Assembly (NCBI GenBank): GCA_965219445.1 | Contig: CBDCNQ010000002.1 | Coordinates: 576,001-640,000, forward strand | Origin: Longimicrobiales bacterium | GTDB lineage: Bacteria > Gemmatimonadota > Gemmatimonadetes > Longimicrobiales > Gaopeijiaceae | Reading direction: 5' to 3' | DNA length: 64,000 bases | In this document: positions 1-10,247 of the stretch, piece by piece | Numbering within the stretch: the stretch's first letter is position 1 | How the letters are laid out: each line of letters begins with the position of its first letter | The notes under the pieces: model-generated | What the model was told of the DNA's origin: nothing | Database searches by the model: none | What the model saw: the letters and a program-made list of their open reading frames with translations, nothing else | Program-made: the position numbers and the translations under genes

Positions 1-2
1 GC

Positions 3-890
3 TACTTCGATGTAACGGGTCGTTCGCAAGCACCCGCAGATCTTGTACGTGCCTTGGACCGAGGGGATGCGGTCCTTGGGGTCGAGATCCCGCGGGGATA
101 CGCGGAAGCCTGGCTGGGCGACGGCGGAGCACAGATCCAGGTACTCCTCGACGGAACCAACTCCAACACGGCCACGATGGCCCAAGGCTACATCACTCGC
201 ATCATCGAGGGACGCGCCGTTGAGCGGGCGATGACGGGAGTGGCACCTCCCGTGGATCTGCGTGAAAGGGCCTGGTACAATCCCGAGCTCGCCAGCCGTA
301 ACTACAATGTCCCGGCGGTCGTGGGGACCCTCATCATGATAGTCTGCCTGCTGCTCACGTCACTCGCGATCGTTCGAGAGCGCGAGATCGGAACCCTGGA
401 GCAGCTCAAGGTCAGCCCACTCACGGCCGGGGAGCTCGTTGCCGGAAAGACATTACCGTTCGGGATCATCGGGATGGGGGATTTGGTCCTGGTGACAACG
501 GTGGCGGTCCTCTGGTTCGACGTGCCGCTTCGGGGCAGCCTTCCCGTCCTGTTCATGGCCAGTCTCTTGTATGTGATCGCGGGCTTGGGCATGGGTCTGC
601 TCATCTCCACAGTCTCCAAGACGCAGCAAGAGGCCTTCATGACCACCTTCCTCGTGTTCATGCCCGCCCTGCTACTGTCCGGATTCATGTTTCCCGTTTC
701 CAGCATGCCCCAGATTTTCCAGGACATCACCATCTTGAACCCGGTCCGGCACTACATCGAGATCGTGCGGGCCATCTTCCTCAAAGGGATTGGTCTCGAT
801 GTCCTTTGGCCTCAGTTCCTAGCCCTCCTGCTCCTGGGCCTCGCGCTCCTGACCCTGGCGACTCTTCGGTTCAGACGAGAGGTCGTCTAG
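3..890 (+). CDS. ABC-2 type transporter permease (YbhR/YbhS-like), 5'-truncated by window edge
   Basis: Frame is open from base 3. Motifs LLDGTNSNTA, WYNPEL, AIVREREIGTLEQLKVSP, LLSGFMFPVSSMP; several TM helices. Confidence 0.9.
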   Translation, partial: YFDVTGRSQAPADLVRALDRGDAVLGVEIPRGYAEAWLGDGGAQIQVLLDGTNSNTATMAQGYITRIIEGRAVERAMTGVAPPVDLRERAWYNPELASRNYNVPAVVGTLIMIVCLLLTSLAIVREREIGTLEQLKVSPLTAGELVAGKTLPFGIIGMGDLVLVTTVAVLWFDVPLRGSLPVLFMASLLYVIAGLGMGLLISTVSKTQQEAFMTTFLVFMPALLLSGFMFPVSSMPQIFQDITILNPVRHYIEIVRAIFLKGIGLDVLWPQFLALLLLGLALLTLATLRFRREVV

Positions 891-958
891 ACGTAGAGCC
901 GCGGGGAAAGCGTCTGAGACAATCCACTTGCGGTGTAAAGCCCGCTTCGAAGACGGGC

Positions 959-1756
959 TTATCTCATATTGGCCGCTCGCTGGACCATCTCGATATTCGC
1001 ACCGCTCGGTCCCGCGATGAAGAAAAAGGAGATCTGTCCATTCACAAAGGTCAGTCTGTTCGGCCGCCGAGTGATCTCCACACGCTTGCCGCTGAGCTCA
1101 TCCAGCTTCGGGTTGAGATCCAGAGCTCTCCATCCGAGGTGATCTATGGCCCCCTCGGTGCTCGGGAAAGTCTCGCCCTGGGTTACCAACAACCAGACGT
1201 TCCCCGGATAGAGGATTCCGTCCAAGCGGCCCCGCAGAGGGGTGCGGACACCACCGAACTTGTCCTGATACCACTGCAGGGCAGTCTCCGGCTCCGGGCT
1301 CCTCACGTGGATATGGTGGAACCCTAGGTGCTGAGGGTCCTCGATGATTTCGAGTCGCACTCCCCATGGGTCCACGGCAAAGCTCAGCGGAAAGAGGCCC
1401 TCGACGTCCCGCCTCGGTGTGGTGATCGTCGCGCCCGCTGCCTCTAGCTCGCGGAGCTTCGCGTCGAGATCCGCTACCGAAAAGCCCAAGTGGTCGATCA
1501 CGCTCCCCTCGCTTGGCCTTCGATCCGCCGCCCGCTGCCAAATAAACCGGGTCGTGCCCAAGAGCAGTCGCTCGTCCCGACCGTCGACCGCCTCACCCCC
1601 GATGTGATCGAGATACCACTGGGCGGCCGCCGGAGGATCGGGCACGGCCATATGTACGTGATCGTACAGCAGCGTCTCGGACTGAGCGCCCAGGACAGGA
1701 GCGGACACAGCGATCAGGGCGATCGCCCCGAGGATAGACGTAGCGAAGCGTTGCAT
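959..1756 (-). CDS. VOC/glyoxalase-family protein, two VOC domains, signal peptide
   Basis: N-terminal signal peptide; repeated DHVH/HHIH and IDHLG motifs; DPWGVRLE and GPSGANIE C-terminal VOC motifs. Confidence 0.8.
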   Translation of the reverse strand: MQRFATSILGAIALIAVSAPVLGAQSETLLYDHVHMAVPDPPAAAQWYLDHIGGEAVDGRDERLLLGTTRFIWQRAADRRPSEGSVIDHLGFSVADLDAKLRELEAAGATITTPRRDVEGLFPLSFAVDPWGVRLEIIEDPQHLGFHHIHVRSPEPETALQWYQDKFGGVRTPLRGRLDGILYPGNVWLLVTQGETFPSTEGAIDHLGWRALDLNPKLDELSGKRVEITRRPNRLTFVNGQISFFFIAGPSGANIEMVQRAANMR

Positions 1757-1788
1757 GACGGACTCCGAAAAGGAACGTGAGTTGACTG

Positions 1789-2490
1789 CTAACGCGGCAT
1801 AGAGGCAGGCGGGTTGAAGCGATTCGTGAAAGGGGCCAGTTCGTTCGTCCGCTCCTGGGCATCGATCACGGCATGGGAGGCGCCAATCGCTCCGTACAGT
1901 GCTTGAATGGAAACAAGCTCGATAATCCCTTCCTCACCGAACATGGCCAGCGCCCGCTCATAGGTCGCGTCAGTGATATGCCGATTCTTCCAGAGCTCCT
2001 GGAGGAAGTCGTACGCAAGCGCTTCGTCTTCCGTCATGTTAATTGGACGCTGGCCCGCGGCCAGCGATCTCACCGTCTCCGGCTTCACGCCTTCCCGGAT
2101 CGCGGCTCCGCTGTGACTGTTCCACGGATGATTTGCGGTCCACTCGCGAGCGGTGATGATGGCCGCCCATTCGTAGATTTTCGGAGAGACCTGCAACTCC
2201 TCCGAACCGTAATGCACCCGCAACCGCACCATCGTGTCCACCAGGTCGGGAACCCGAAGGAACGCATTCCACGCAACATTACCGGGATTACGCCCGGGCC
2301 TCACGGCCTCGTAGTCGTCCCAGTCCTGCTGTTGCCGCGGGGTCAATTCGTCATAGGAGAGGAGCCGAAACCGCTGGCGCTCCATCTGACGATGGAGATC
2401 CGGGTCGATCTCATTTGCCGCCGCCTGGGCGCTCACCCCGGAGTAAGGCATCAATACGAAAAAGGAGAGCAGGACGGTCTTCATCTGCAT
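1789..2490 (-). CDS. Carboxymuconolactone decarboxylase (CMD/AhpD-like) family protein, secreted
   Basis: EWAAIITAREWT...WNSH...A.REG and ITDATYERALAMFGEEGIIELV motifs typical of the family; signal peptide. Confidence 0.7.
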   Translation of the reverse strand: MQMKTVLLSFFVLMPYSGVSAQAAANEIDPDLHRQMERQRFRLLSYDELTPRQQQDWDDYEAVRPGRNPGNVAWNAFLRVPDLVDTMVRLRVHYGSEELQVSPKIYEWAAIITAREWTANHPWNSHSGAAIREGVKPETVRSLAAGQRPINMTEDEALAYDFLQELWKNRHITDATYERALAMFGEEGIIELVSIQALYGAIGASHAVIDAQERTNELAPFTNRFNPPASMPR

Positions 2491-2899
2491 TTTGATTTCT
2501 CCCGGTCTCTAGGGGGTGACCCTCGTCGCCAAAAGCGCCACTTGGAGTCTGCATCGGAACTTCTCTCGTGCCCTGACCATGATGTGGCTCTCCTGTCGGT
2601 ATCTTACCGGCTCGCGACGCGAAAACCTCTACCTTCTCTGCTTGTCCGGCGGAGCTGTGCTTGCGACAAGATGCCGCGACCGCACACGGACAGCAAGCAG
2701 AGCTAGGGCCCCGTCCATATGCTCCGGGCCGAGCCCGAAAGCTGTTCTAGCGCGCGGCGAAACCGTTGACTACCGGCCTTTCGAGCCTGATGATTGTGCC
2801 GCCGCGCGTGACGAAATCAGGCTGTCACGGGCAACTGACTCCCTCGTTTCGTGTCTCCATGACATCTTCCACCATCTTACACAGCAGCGTAAAGTCCCA

Positions 2900-5299
2900 A
2901 TGACCGTTCGCCGTTCGATCGCAGCTTCGTCCGTTACGGTGATCCTTTGGACGGCGTCCGTGCTTCTCGCCTCGCCCACCGGTGTGGACGCCCAGGTACC
3001 CGTGTTCTCCGAGGCCGACCGAGTCACGATCGAGGGGCCACCGCCTCCGACGGCCCCAGACGTCATCAACCGGGATGCCGAGGGCCGAGCCACGCTCCGG
3101 GCCGTCCGGACTTCGGAGCCTCTCCGAATCGATGGCGAGCTGGATGAGGCATTCTACCGCAACACGACTCCGATCTCGGATTTCGTTCAGAACCTCCCGA
3201 ATGAAGGAGCAGCCCCGACGGAGCTCACCGAAGCCTGGGTCGGGTTCGACGGCTCGAACGTGTACGTGTCCGCACGCGTTTGGGACTCCGCCCCAGAGAG
3301 AGATTGGGTCGCCAACGAGATGCGGCGGGACTCGCCGTCGATAGAGTCCAACGACCAGTTCGGCGTCTTTCTGGATACCTATTACGACCGTCGGAATAGC
3401 GTGGGGTTCTTCGTCAACCCGCTGGGCGGCTTCACGGATCAACAGATCACGAACGAAGTGGACCTCAACATCGACTGGAATCCCATCACTCAGATCCAGA
3501 CGGGTCGCTTCGACGGGGGATGGACCGTCGAAATGGCGATTCCATTCAGATCGCTCCGCTATCGCACCGGAAGGGACCAGGTCTGGGGGATCCAGATGAG
3601 GCGCTCCATCGTTAGAAAGAACGAGTGGAGCCATCTCACTGACCTCCCGTTCTCCGTGGTCAGGAACGGAGCCCAGGGGGCGACACGCATATCGATGTAC
3701 GGAACCCTCGTGGGAATCGAGCCGCCGCCGCCGAGCAAGCACCTGGAGGTCAAGCCCTATGCGATCTCCGGTCTCGAAACGGACTTGACCGCTGATCCCG
3801 CGATTTCCAACGACGGCTACGCCGACGCCGGGCTGGACATCAAGTACGGGATCACTGAAAACTTGACCGCCGACGTCACCTTCAACACCGATTTCGCTCA
3901 GGTGGAGGTGGACGAGCAGCAGGTGAACCTCAGCCGCTTCAACCTTTTTTTCCCGGAAAAGAGAGAATTCTTTCTGGAGGGTCAGGGGATCTTCGAGTTC
4001 GGAAATGGTGGCAGGGTAGGAACCGTGGGTTCGGGTGGGCCACCCCGAGCTTCGAACGCAAGCAGCACCGGCCGGGGGCGTGGTGGACGGAGTGTAAACG
4101 CTCCCACTTTGTTCTATAGCCGACAGGTCGGGCTCCAGGATGGTGAGTCGGTGCCCATTTTCGGGGGAGGTCGCCTCACCGGGAAGGTCGGCGCATTCGA
4201 CGTCGGAGCCGTCGGCATCCGGACCGATGACGAGCCGGCTGTCGGTCCCGAACCCACGACCTTCACCGTGCTGAGGATTCGTCGGGACGTATTCGCCCGA
4301 AGCAGCGTCGGCGTGATGTTTCAGGATCGTTCGAACTCCATTCTCGCCGGGACCGGATCCAATCAAGCGTACGGAGTCGACGCGAATTTCAACTTCTTCG
4401 AGAACCTTCAGGCCTTCGGCTACTACGCGAAAACCAGAACTGACGGACTCGGGGACAAGGACGAGAGCTATCGGGCGAGGGTCGGTTATCGAGGGGAGGT
4501 GTATAGCCTGTCCATGGATCACGTCCTGGTCGGCGACAACTTCAACCCCGAGATCGGATTCGTTCGCAGGAGTGATTTCCGCGAGACCAACGTGTTCGGG
4601 CGGTTCAGTCCCCGCCCCGCATCCGTCCCCTCCATCCGTCGTTTCACCTTCGCCGGAGCGCTCGGCTACATAGAGAACGAGCGACTCAGATTCTTGGAGA
4701 GTCGCACTCGACTGGGCCGCTTCGAGGTCGAGTTCGAGAACAGCGACTGGCTGACCGTGACCTTCACCGACCTCTTCGAGAGGTTGGCGGAGGACACCAA
4801 CATCTCGGGGGCGACCATCCCGGCGGGGCGCTATTCCTTCCGCGACGTCGGGTTGAGCTATGCCTTTGGCCCTCATCGCCGGGCATCGGGCAACCTCTCG
4901 GTCACCTGGGGCAGCTTCTACTCCGGTGACGTCAGGTCAGTCGGCGTCACCGGCGGCCGAGTCGAAGTCCTCCCTCAGCTATCCGTCGAGCCCAGCATCG
5001 AGTTCAACTGGGTCGACCTGCCCGGGCTGCAGGCGTTCGACGGGGAGTTCAACCAGCACGTGGCGCGAACGCGGATCACCTACAGCCTGAGTCCCCGCTC
5101 GTTCTTGAGTGGACTCGTCCAATACAACGCGGGTAGCGACACCTTCAGCACCAACGTTCGGCTGAGGTGGGAGTGGGCCCCCGGCAGCGAACTCTTCATC
5201 GTGTACACGGAGGATCGCAACGCCGACGTGCTCGACAGGTGGTCTGAGCTGTCGAACCGTGGGTTCGTGATCAAGGTCAATCGGCTGTTTCGGTTTTGA
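2900..5299 (+). CDS. DUF5916 / CBM9-like outer-membrane protein
   Basis: IDGELDE, GWTVEMAIPFRSLRY, TFNTDFAQVEVDEQQVNLSRFNLFFPEKREFFLEG; C-terminal F. Start placed at ATG 2900 (signal peptide) rather than at the ORF-track start. Confidence 0.85.
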   Translation: MTVRRSIAASSVTVILWTASVLLASPTGVDAQVPVFSEADRVTIEGPPPPTAPDVINRDAEGRATLRAVRTSEPLRIDGELDEAFYRNTTPISDFVQNLPNEGAAPTELTEAWVGFDGSNVYVSARVWDSAPERDWVANEMRRDSPSIESNDQFGVFLDTYYDRRNSVGFFVNPLGGFTDQQITNEVDLNIDWNPITQIQTGRFDGGWTVEMAIPFRSLRYRTGRDQVWGIQMRRSIVRKNEWSHLTDLPFSVVRNGAQGATRISMYGTLVGIEPPPPSKHLEVKPYAISGLETDLTADPAISNDGYADAGLDIKYGITENLTADVTFNTDFAQVEVDEQQVNLSRFNLFFPEKREFFLEGQGIFEFGNGGRVGTVGSGGPPRASNASSTGRGRGGRSVNAPTLFYSRQVGLQDGESVPIFGGGRLTGKVGAFDVGAVGIRTDDEPAVGPEPTTFTVLRIRRDVFARSSVGVMFQDRSNSILAGTGSNQAYGVDANFNFFENLQAFGYYAKTRTDGLGDKDESYRARVGYRGEVYSLSMDHVLVGDNFNPEIGFVRRSDFRETNVFGRFSPRPASVPSIRRFTFAGALGYIENERLRFLESRTRLGRFEVEFENSDWLTVTFTDLFERLAEDTNISGATIPAGRYSFRDVGLSYAFGPHRRASGNLSVTWGSFYSGDVRSVGVTGGRVEVLPQLSVEPSIEFNWVDLPGLQAFDGEFNQHVARTRITYSLSPRSFLSGLVQYNAGSDTFSTNVRLRWEWAPGSELFIVYTEDRNADVLDRWSELSNRGFVIKVNRLFRF

Positions 5300-5330
5300 C
5301 CATTTGGATGGCACTCCGAAGTCGCTCGAG

Positions 5331-5595
5331 TCATTTGACCGAGAGCGTTGATCGCCCGCCGGCTCCCCGCCGCCCTTGAGGGTGAGCCGCCCGGGCCGCC
5401 ACGACATCGGTGACCCGACTCGGCAACACAGCCTCGACCCAGTCGACGAACATCGGATCCGACGTGATCCGCCGAAGCTCGTCCTCATTGAGGTAGAGGT
5501 CGGCCCGACCGGTCGCGCAACGAACTTGGATGGTGCGGGGAATATAGATTCCGGCTGTCAGGGCACCAACGAGTCCGTTCAGGAAGGTCTTCCCT
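5331..5595 (-). pseudogene. C-terminal remnant of a Bor/Iss-like lipoprotein
   Basis: TFLNGLVGALTAGIYIPRTIQVRC resembles the Bor-family C-terminal motif; no N-terminus or lipobox present. Confidence 0.45.
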
Positions 5596-5844
5596 TCCCT
5601 GGCCAAGTACGAGCGGCTCTACGCCGAAAGCTGCCAGGAGGCCGTGTCACTCCTCCTAATCTGTGAGGAGCTCGGGCGGAAGATCGGGAAGCTCCAGAGC
5701 TCCGTGCGGTGGGATCTGGAACTGGCACACGATCGGAATTCCCAGGGGCGACGTCGCCGGACCCTTGCACCCATAATGAAGCCTGGGGGTCCTCAGCGGC
5801 CTTGCGGCGCGGCAGGGAGGGCCGAGGTAGGGATAGCTCGGTAG

Positions 5845-6203
5845 AGGGGGTTCCCGGAACCGCGTACGACTCCCGTACGCGGCCTCCGACGGCCTCATTC
5901 GGATGGGCAAAGCGGGGGGTCCCATCCTTGGACGTTCGATGAGGCCGTTGAGCGCCTGGCTCCTCAGGTTGAGCAGGTAGAGCGCGAGGTTGAAGCCCTC
6001 CCTAGCCAACTCAGAGGCGCCAGAGTTGTCATCGAGGCAACCCTCCTCCCGAACTATCTCGCCGCCACATATTTCCCGACCCCCCTTCTCGAAGCCACTG
6101 GGTTTCAGTCGGTGGGCAGTCGCTCGACGACTGGAACTTACCGCACTCAAACGATGGAGCAGGAGAGGCCGACGAAGGTGCTGTTGTTGTCTGGAACTGG
6201 GGA
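5845..6203 (+). pseudogene. N-terminal remnant of an S8-family peptidase (IetS-like), frameshifted and cut by IS256
   Basis: Hand translation HPWTFDEAVERLAPQ...EATLLPNYLAATYFPT / LLEATGFQSVGSR resembles the prodomain of AAA-ATPase-linked S8 peptidases. No start codon; ends at the IS256 IR. Confidence 0.4.
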
Positions 6204-6233
6204 GGAGGTTGGGTCAATAGGTGTGTAAATGTT

Positions 6234-7478
6234 TCAGGCGGCGTTTTTCCGCTGTTGGGTTGAGACGGGCTTTCCGTCTTCGAACTTTCTTCCTTCAAAT
6301 ACGTCCTTGAGGAGGTGAGGAGCGTCGAGCCTTCTGAAGCGCTTCTCCGCCACCAAGAGCAGCTTCCAGATCAGCGCCGTAGCGCTCTCGACCCGCTTGA
6401 AGCGCTTCGCCGCCGTTGTCCTGAGCCGTACTGCGGCAAAGGGGCTCTCGACCACGTTCGTCGTGCGTAGATGCTTCCAGTGGTCCTCGGGGAAGTCGTA
6501 GAACGCCACCATCCGCTCCCAGTCGTCCTCGAGTACATCCACCGCCTTCGGATACCACGGTCTGTAGCGCCTGGCGAACGCCTCACGGGCCTTCAGCGCC
6601 TCGGACCGCCTCGGTGCGTAGACCACGGTCCTGAGAAGGTCCTTCGCCTCGCTCTGCTCCCGCTGAGGCAGCCGGTCCAGCACGTTCCTCATCTTGTGGT
6701 TCCAGCACCGTTGCTCGCCCGCCTCAGGCCATACCTGCCGTACTGCGCCCCAGATCGCCGCGTTGCCGTCCGCCATCAAAAGCCGGGGCGCCTCGATGCC
6801 GCGTGCCTTCAGATCCCGCAACACCTCGGACCAGGACTCGACCGACTCTCGGTAGCCCGATCTCAGGGCCAACACCTCCTTCGTACCATCTCGCATCGCA
6901 CCGAGAACCACCAGCAGCGCTGCCTTGTCCCGCTCGAGCCCCGCCTTCACGTAGATCCCGTCCGCCCAGACGTAGACGACCTCACGGTCGGCCAGCGAGC
7001 GCTTCGACCATTCCTCGAATTTCCTTGTCCATCCCGCCCGCAGCCGCCAAATCGAAGACTTCGACAACGGGGCCCCCTCGCCCAGCAGGCCCCGCATCGC
7101 CAGCTCGAAGTCTCCCTCCGCCAGCCCGTGCAGATACAGCTCCGGAAGCAGAGCACCCACCTCCTTCGTCCGTCGTGCGAACAACGGCAACACCCGACTC
7201 TCGAACCGCTCCTCAATGCCTCGAACCCGGGGCCGTCGGAGCATGATCGTGCCCGAGCTCATCGCCAGCCGCCGAGCCTTGCCGTAGCCGTTGCGGTAGC
7301 CTGGCGCCGGGTCTACGACCGTCTTCCGCTCCGACTTCTCCCGGCCGAGCAACTCCGTCACTTCCTCCTCCAGAATCCGCTGGACCATCTCCTGGGCCTT
7401 CTCACGAACCAGCGCTTCCAAGCACTCCCACGTCGGCGTGCTGGACTCACTCTCGGGTCCCACCATATTCTTCCTCAC
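6234..7478 (-). CDS. IS256-family DDE transposase
   Basis: YRNGY, WADGIY, LMADG, QRCWNHK, LRTTNVVES motifs; 414 aa. Confidence 0.95.
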   Translation of the reverse strand: MRKNMVGPESESSTPTWECLEALVREKAQEMVQRILEEEVTELLGREKSERKTVVDPAPGYRNGYGKARRLAMSSGTIMLRRPRVRGIEERFESRVLPLFARRTKEVGALLPELYLHGLAEGDFELAMRGLLGEGAPLSKSSIWRLRAGWTRKFEEWSKRSLADREVVYVWADGIYVKAGLERDKAALLVVLGAMRDGTKEVLALRSGYRESVESWSEVLRDLKARGIEAPRLLMADGNAAIWGAVRQVWPEAGEQRCWNHKMRNVLDRLPQREQSEAKDLLRTVVYAPRRSEALKAREAFARRYRPWYPKAVDVLEDDWERMVAFYDFPEDHWKHLRTTNVVESPFAAVRLRTTAAKRFKRVESATALIWKLLLVAEKRFRRLDAPHLLKDVFEGRKFEDGKPVSTQQRKNAA

Positions 7479-7574
7479 GAGGCATCGTTCCTTTCCCCCG
7501 GGCGCTCACCCGGGATTCGCTGGTTAACTTCTTACTACCTAGCGGAAAGGTACGTCGCCTCTTTTTTTACACAC

Positions 7575-9169
7575 CCTTCTATGGGGCTGGCGGTCAAGAC
7601 GCACCTTCCCCACGCGCCGTCGGCTCATTTTTTGACCGTCGGCGTCCGCATGGTTTGGATTGCCCGGTCGACGACTCAGGGTGGGGAGGGGTGCGCTCGC
7701 AGGGTCCGCATCGCAGTCCGGAAGACGTTCACAGCCGTCGCGTTCTCCGCTCTGGAGCGGGAACCATCCTTCTATCTGGGACTCTGTGGCCCATCGCTTC
7801 GTTCGGCTCTTCCAGGGGTGCATAGCCTTTGAGTGGGGGCTTGGGCTCTCTGCCCCGGCCCACGGTGTGTATGGATGCTGTCCCCTGTAACCGGTTCGCT
7901 TCCGTTTCGTCGGACCCCATGTTGTGACCGCTTTCGACCCCACGCTCGCCGATCCCAGGCCGGTTTACTCCGTCGCTTCCAGTCTCTTGGGGTCGTACGC
8001 TTCGCCCGTGCGCCACACCGCTAGCACGATCGAGGCGAGCTGACGCGCGATCGTCAGCTTCGCCAGATTCGGCTTCGTGCCCCCCTCCAGGAGTCGCTCG
8101 TAGTGGCGGTACAAGGGTTCGTTTTCGGCCCGACCGATCACCGTCGTCGCCGCGCCCTTGAACACACGCTTCAGCGTGTGGTTGAAGTTCCGATTCAGCC
8201 CCCGCGTCTGCTGTACCGGTTCCCTTACCCACCGCCCACCCGGACCCCGCACCCAGTCCGACGAGCTCCGCATCACCACGCCCAGTCCGCAGTACGCCCA
8301 GAACCTGCTCCGGCTCTGGAACCGGTACGGCGTCACCACCACCGGCAGGAGCTCCGCCGTCCGGATCGGACCCAGACCCGGGCACGTCTTCAGCACATGC
8401 CACTCTCGATGCTTGCGTGCTTCCGCCAGCAACGCCTTCTCGGCCTTCGCCCTCAATGCCACGAGTGCGTCGTGCTCCTCGTACAGCAACCCGGCCGTCG
8501 TCCTGCTCGCTTCCGGCAGCTTGGCCAACCACTCCTCCCGGTCGCGCTTTAAGTAGACCGAGCGCCCCGCGCCGTAGGCCACTCCTCTCGAGCGCAGCAC
8601 GCTCTTGAGCCGGTTCTTCACCCGCACCGTGTCGCCGACCAGGAAGTCGTAGCTCTTCGCCCGTTCCCCCAGCCGCCTGAACTGGCCCCGGTTCTTGTAG
8701 ACCCTCGTCTCCAGTGATCCGATCCGCAGCTTCTCCGCCAGGGCAAACGCGTCCAGCTTGTCGGTCTTCGGGCCCCGGCTCTTGCCGACCCCCGCCACCG
8801 TCAGCTCCTCCACGTGCGGCTCCAGCACCTCGTACAGCCACCCCGACAGCGTCCCTTCTTCCAGGCATAAGTGCCGGTTCCTCGGAATCCCTCGCAGCAC
8901 CTCGATCAGCGCCCGCGCGTTCGTCTCCACCACCTGCGAGCCCAAGCGCTTGCCGCTGGGGCCTACAATCCCCAGCGTGCAGCTCGACGCGTGTGCGTCG
9001 AGTCCGATATATCTCTCCATCGGCGTTCTCCTCTTGGATAGGTGGGTTGCTTCCTTGCGCGAACAATGATGAACGCGCACCCGCTCCCGGAGGAGAACGC
9101 CTCTTCGTCTTCGGGCTGCTTCGCTGCTGATCGGTACCGGTAGCCGTCGCCATGCCCCTATGATGCCTT
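7575..9169 (-). mobile_element. IS110-family (IS1111-like layout) element, copy A
   Basis: Bounded by CCTT at 7575-7578 and 9166-9169; long non-coding region downstream of the transposase; near-identical copies at 25905-27191 and 39552-41145. Confidence 0.9.
7965..9020 (-). CDS. IS110-family DEDD recombinase/transposase
   Basis: YIGLDAH, CLEEG, KTDKLDA (DEDD), TCPGLGP, WAYCGLG..RSSS; start at MERYIG. Confidence 0.92.
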   Translation of the reverse strand: MERYIGLDAHASSCTLGIVGPSGKRLGSQVVETNARALIEVLRGIPRNRHLCLEEGTLSGWLYEVLEPHVEELTVAGVGKSRGPKTDKLDAFALAEKLRIGSLETRVYKNRGQFRRLGERAKSYDFLVGDTVRVKNRLKSVLRSRGVAYGAGRSVYLKRDREEWLAKLPEASRTTAGLLYEEHDALVALRAKAEKALLAEARKHREWHVLKTCPGLGPIRTAELLPVVVTPYRFQSRSRFWAYCGLGVVMRSSSDWVRGPGGRWVREPVQQTRGLNRNFNHTLKRVFKGAATTVIGRAENEPLYRHYERLLEGGTKPNLAKLTIARQLASIVLAVWRTGEAYDPKRLEATE

Positions 9170-9182
9170 TGATCCTAGCTCC

Positions 9183-9240
9183 TGATGTACGCAGGACCAT
9201 CGAGAAGGACGTAGTGAGACAGCCATGCAGGTCTCCACAT
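9183..9240 (-). pseudogene. Start of a third graspetide-operon gene, truncated by IS256
   Basis: TAATG stop/start overlap with the ATP-grasp gene gives MWRPAWLSHYVLLDGPAYI, which runs into the IS256 end. Confidence 0.45.
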
Positions 9241-10229
9241 TAGGAACCCCTACGTCGTGCCGAGCGCGTCCGTCCGAGTAGCTCGGCCAGTTCGGCAGCG
9301 ATCGGAAACTGAACTTCCTCTTGGAGCCACGCCCACTCTCCCGTCGGGTTCACCTCCAGAAAAAAGAAGCGGTCGTCCGAGAGTGCGAGGTCTATTGCCG
9401 CGAAGCTCAGTCCAAGTCGGCGGGTCAACTCGATACAACGGGCTCCGACTGCCTGGGGAAGTGTGAACTCCGAGAAGACTACACTCGATTTCTTCAGCCG
9501 CCAGTCTCCGGCGATCCCGGATCCTCTTTCGGTTGCCGAAGCACACCACCAGCGATCCTCGACCACCGTCACCCGGAGATCCAGCTTGTCCGTCAAAGCT
9601 TGCTGGGCGACGAGCGGAGCTCCGCTCAGTTCTGCCTCTTCGAGTTCTTTTCGGAGCAGGAGATTCGTGTAACCGAAACTCTCGGTTGTCTCCGTCCTGA
9701 CCAAGACCGTGTCCAGCCCCTTGATCGCGACGACGGAACCGTTGACTCGGTCATCGAGAAAGTCGTCTGAGTTCAAGCAGTATGTCGCGGGGATGTCGAA
9801 GCCCACCTCAAATGCAGCCAGAAGCTGAATCATCTTATGTTCAGCTTCATAGGTCCGGGTCGGATGGTTGACCCATCGAGCCATGTCGAAGACCATCAGG
9901 TTGCGCAGGAACGCTGCCCACTGTGCCCGAGCGAATTGCTCCTCCGGTCGGCGTCCAGCTTGCGAAGCCTCCCGAAGAAAGGTTGGCCGTCGAAAGTACA
10001 CGCCTACGAGTCGGTCCGCCTCCACCTCGACGCGAACGTCTTCCGTGTGGCAGGACAACCGCCTCCGACACGGGTCGAGGCACAGCGTGTACGTGGGGAG
10101 GTCCTCGCTGTTAAGTCGGAAGTAGGGATGTCCGGACCTCCGCAGTGCCGATACGACGTAGTCGCACGACAGGTCATACCGGCTGGCGAGAACAAGCACC
10201 TTGGGACGAACCGTCGTGGTCGGAGGCAC
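9240..10229 (-). CDS. ATP-grasp peptide macrocyclase (graspetide synthetase, MvdC/MvdD/RimK-like)
   Basis: DYVV..L, FRLNSED, VYFRRP, WVNHP...AEHKMIQL..A..VGF.IP.T, DLRVTVV, DWR, LGLSFAAIDL, FLEVNPTGEWAWL. Confidence 0.9.
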   Translation of the reverse strand: MPPTTTVRPKVLVLASRYDLSCDYVVSALRRSGHPYFRLNSEDLPTYTLCLDPCRRRLSCHTEDVRVEVEADRLVGVYFRRPTFLREASQAGRRPEEQFARAQWAAFLRNLMVFDMARWVNHPTRTYEAEHKMIQLLAAFEVGFDIPATYCLNSDDFLDDRVNGSVVAIKGLDTVLVRTETTESFGYTNLLLRKELEEAELSGAPLVAQQALTDKLDLRVTVVEDRWWCASATERGSGIAGDWRLKKSSVVFSEFTLPQAVGARCIELTRRLGLSFAAIDLALSDDRFFFLEVNPTGEWAWLQEEVQFPIAAELAELLGRTRSARRRGS

Positions 10230-10247
10230 TACGGCATCCTCAGCGAC

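Larger units (their letters stand above)
6204..9182 (-). mobile_element. IS256-family element (copy A) with IS110-family element nested in its left IR
   Basis: IRR GGAGGTTGGGTCAATAGGTGTGTAAA at 6204. IRL split into TTTACACAC (7566-7574) and TGATCCTAGCTCC (9170-9182) around a duplicated CCTT core. Confidence 0.9.
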
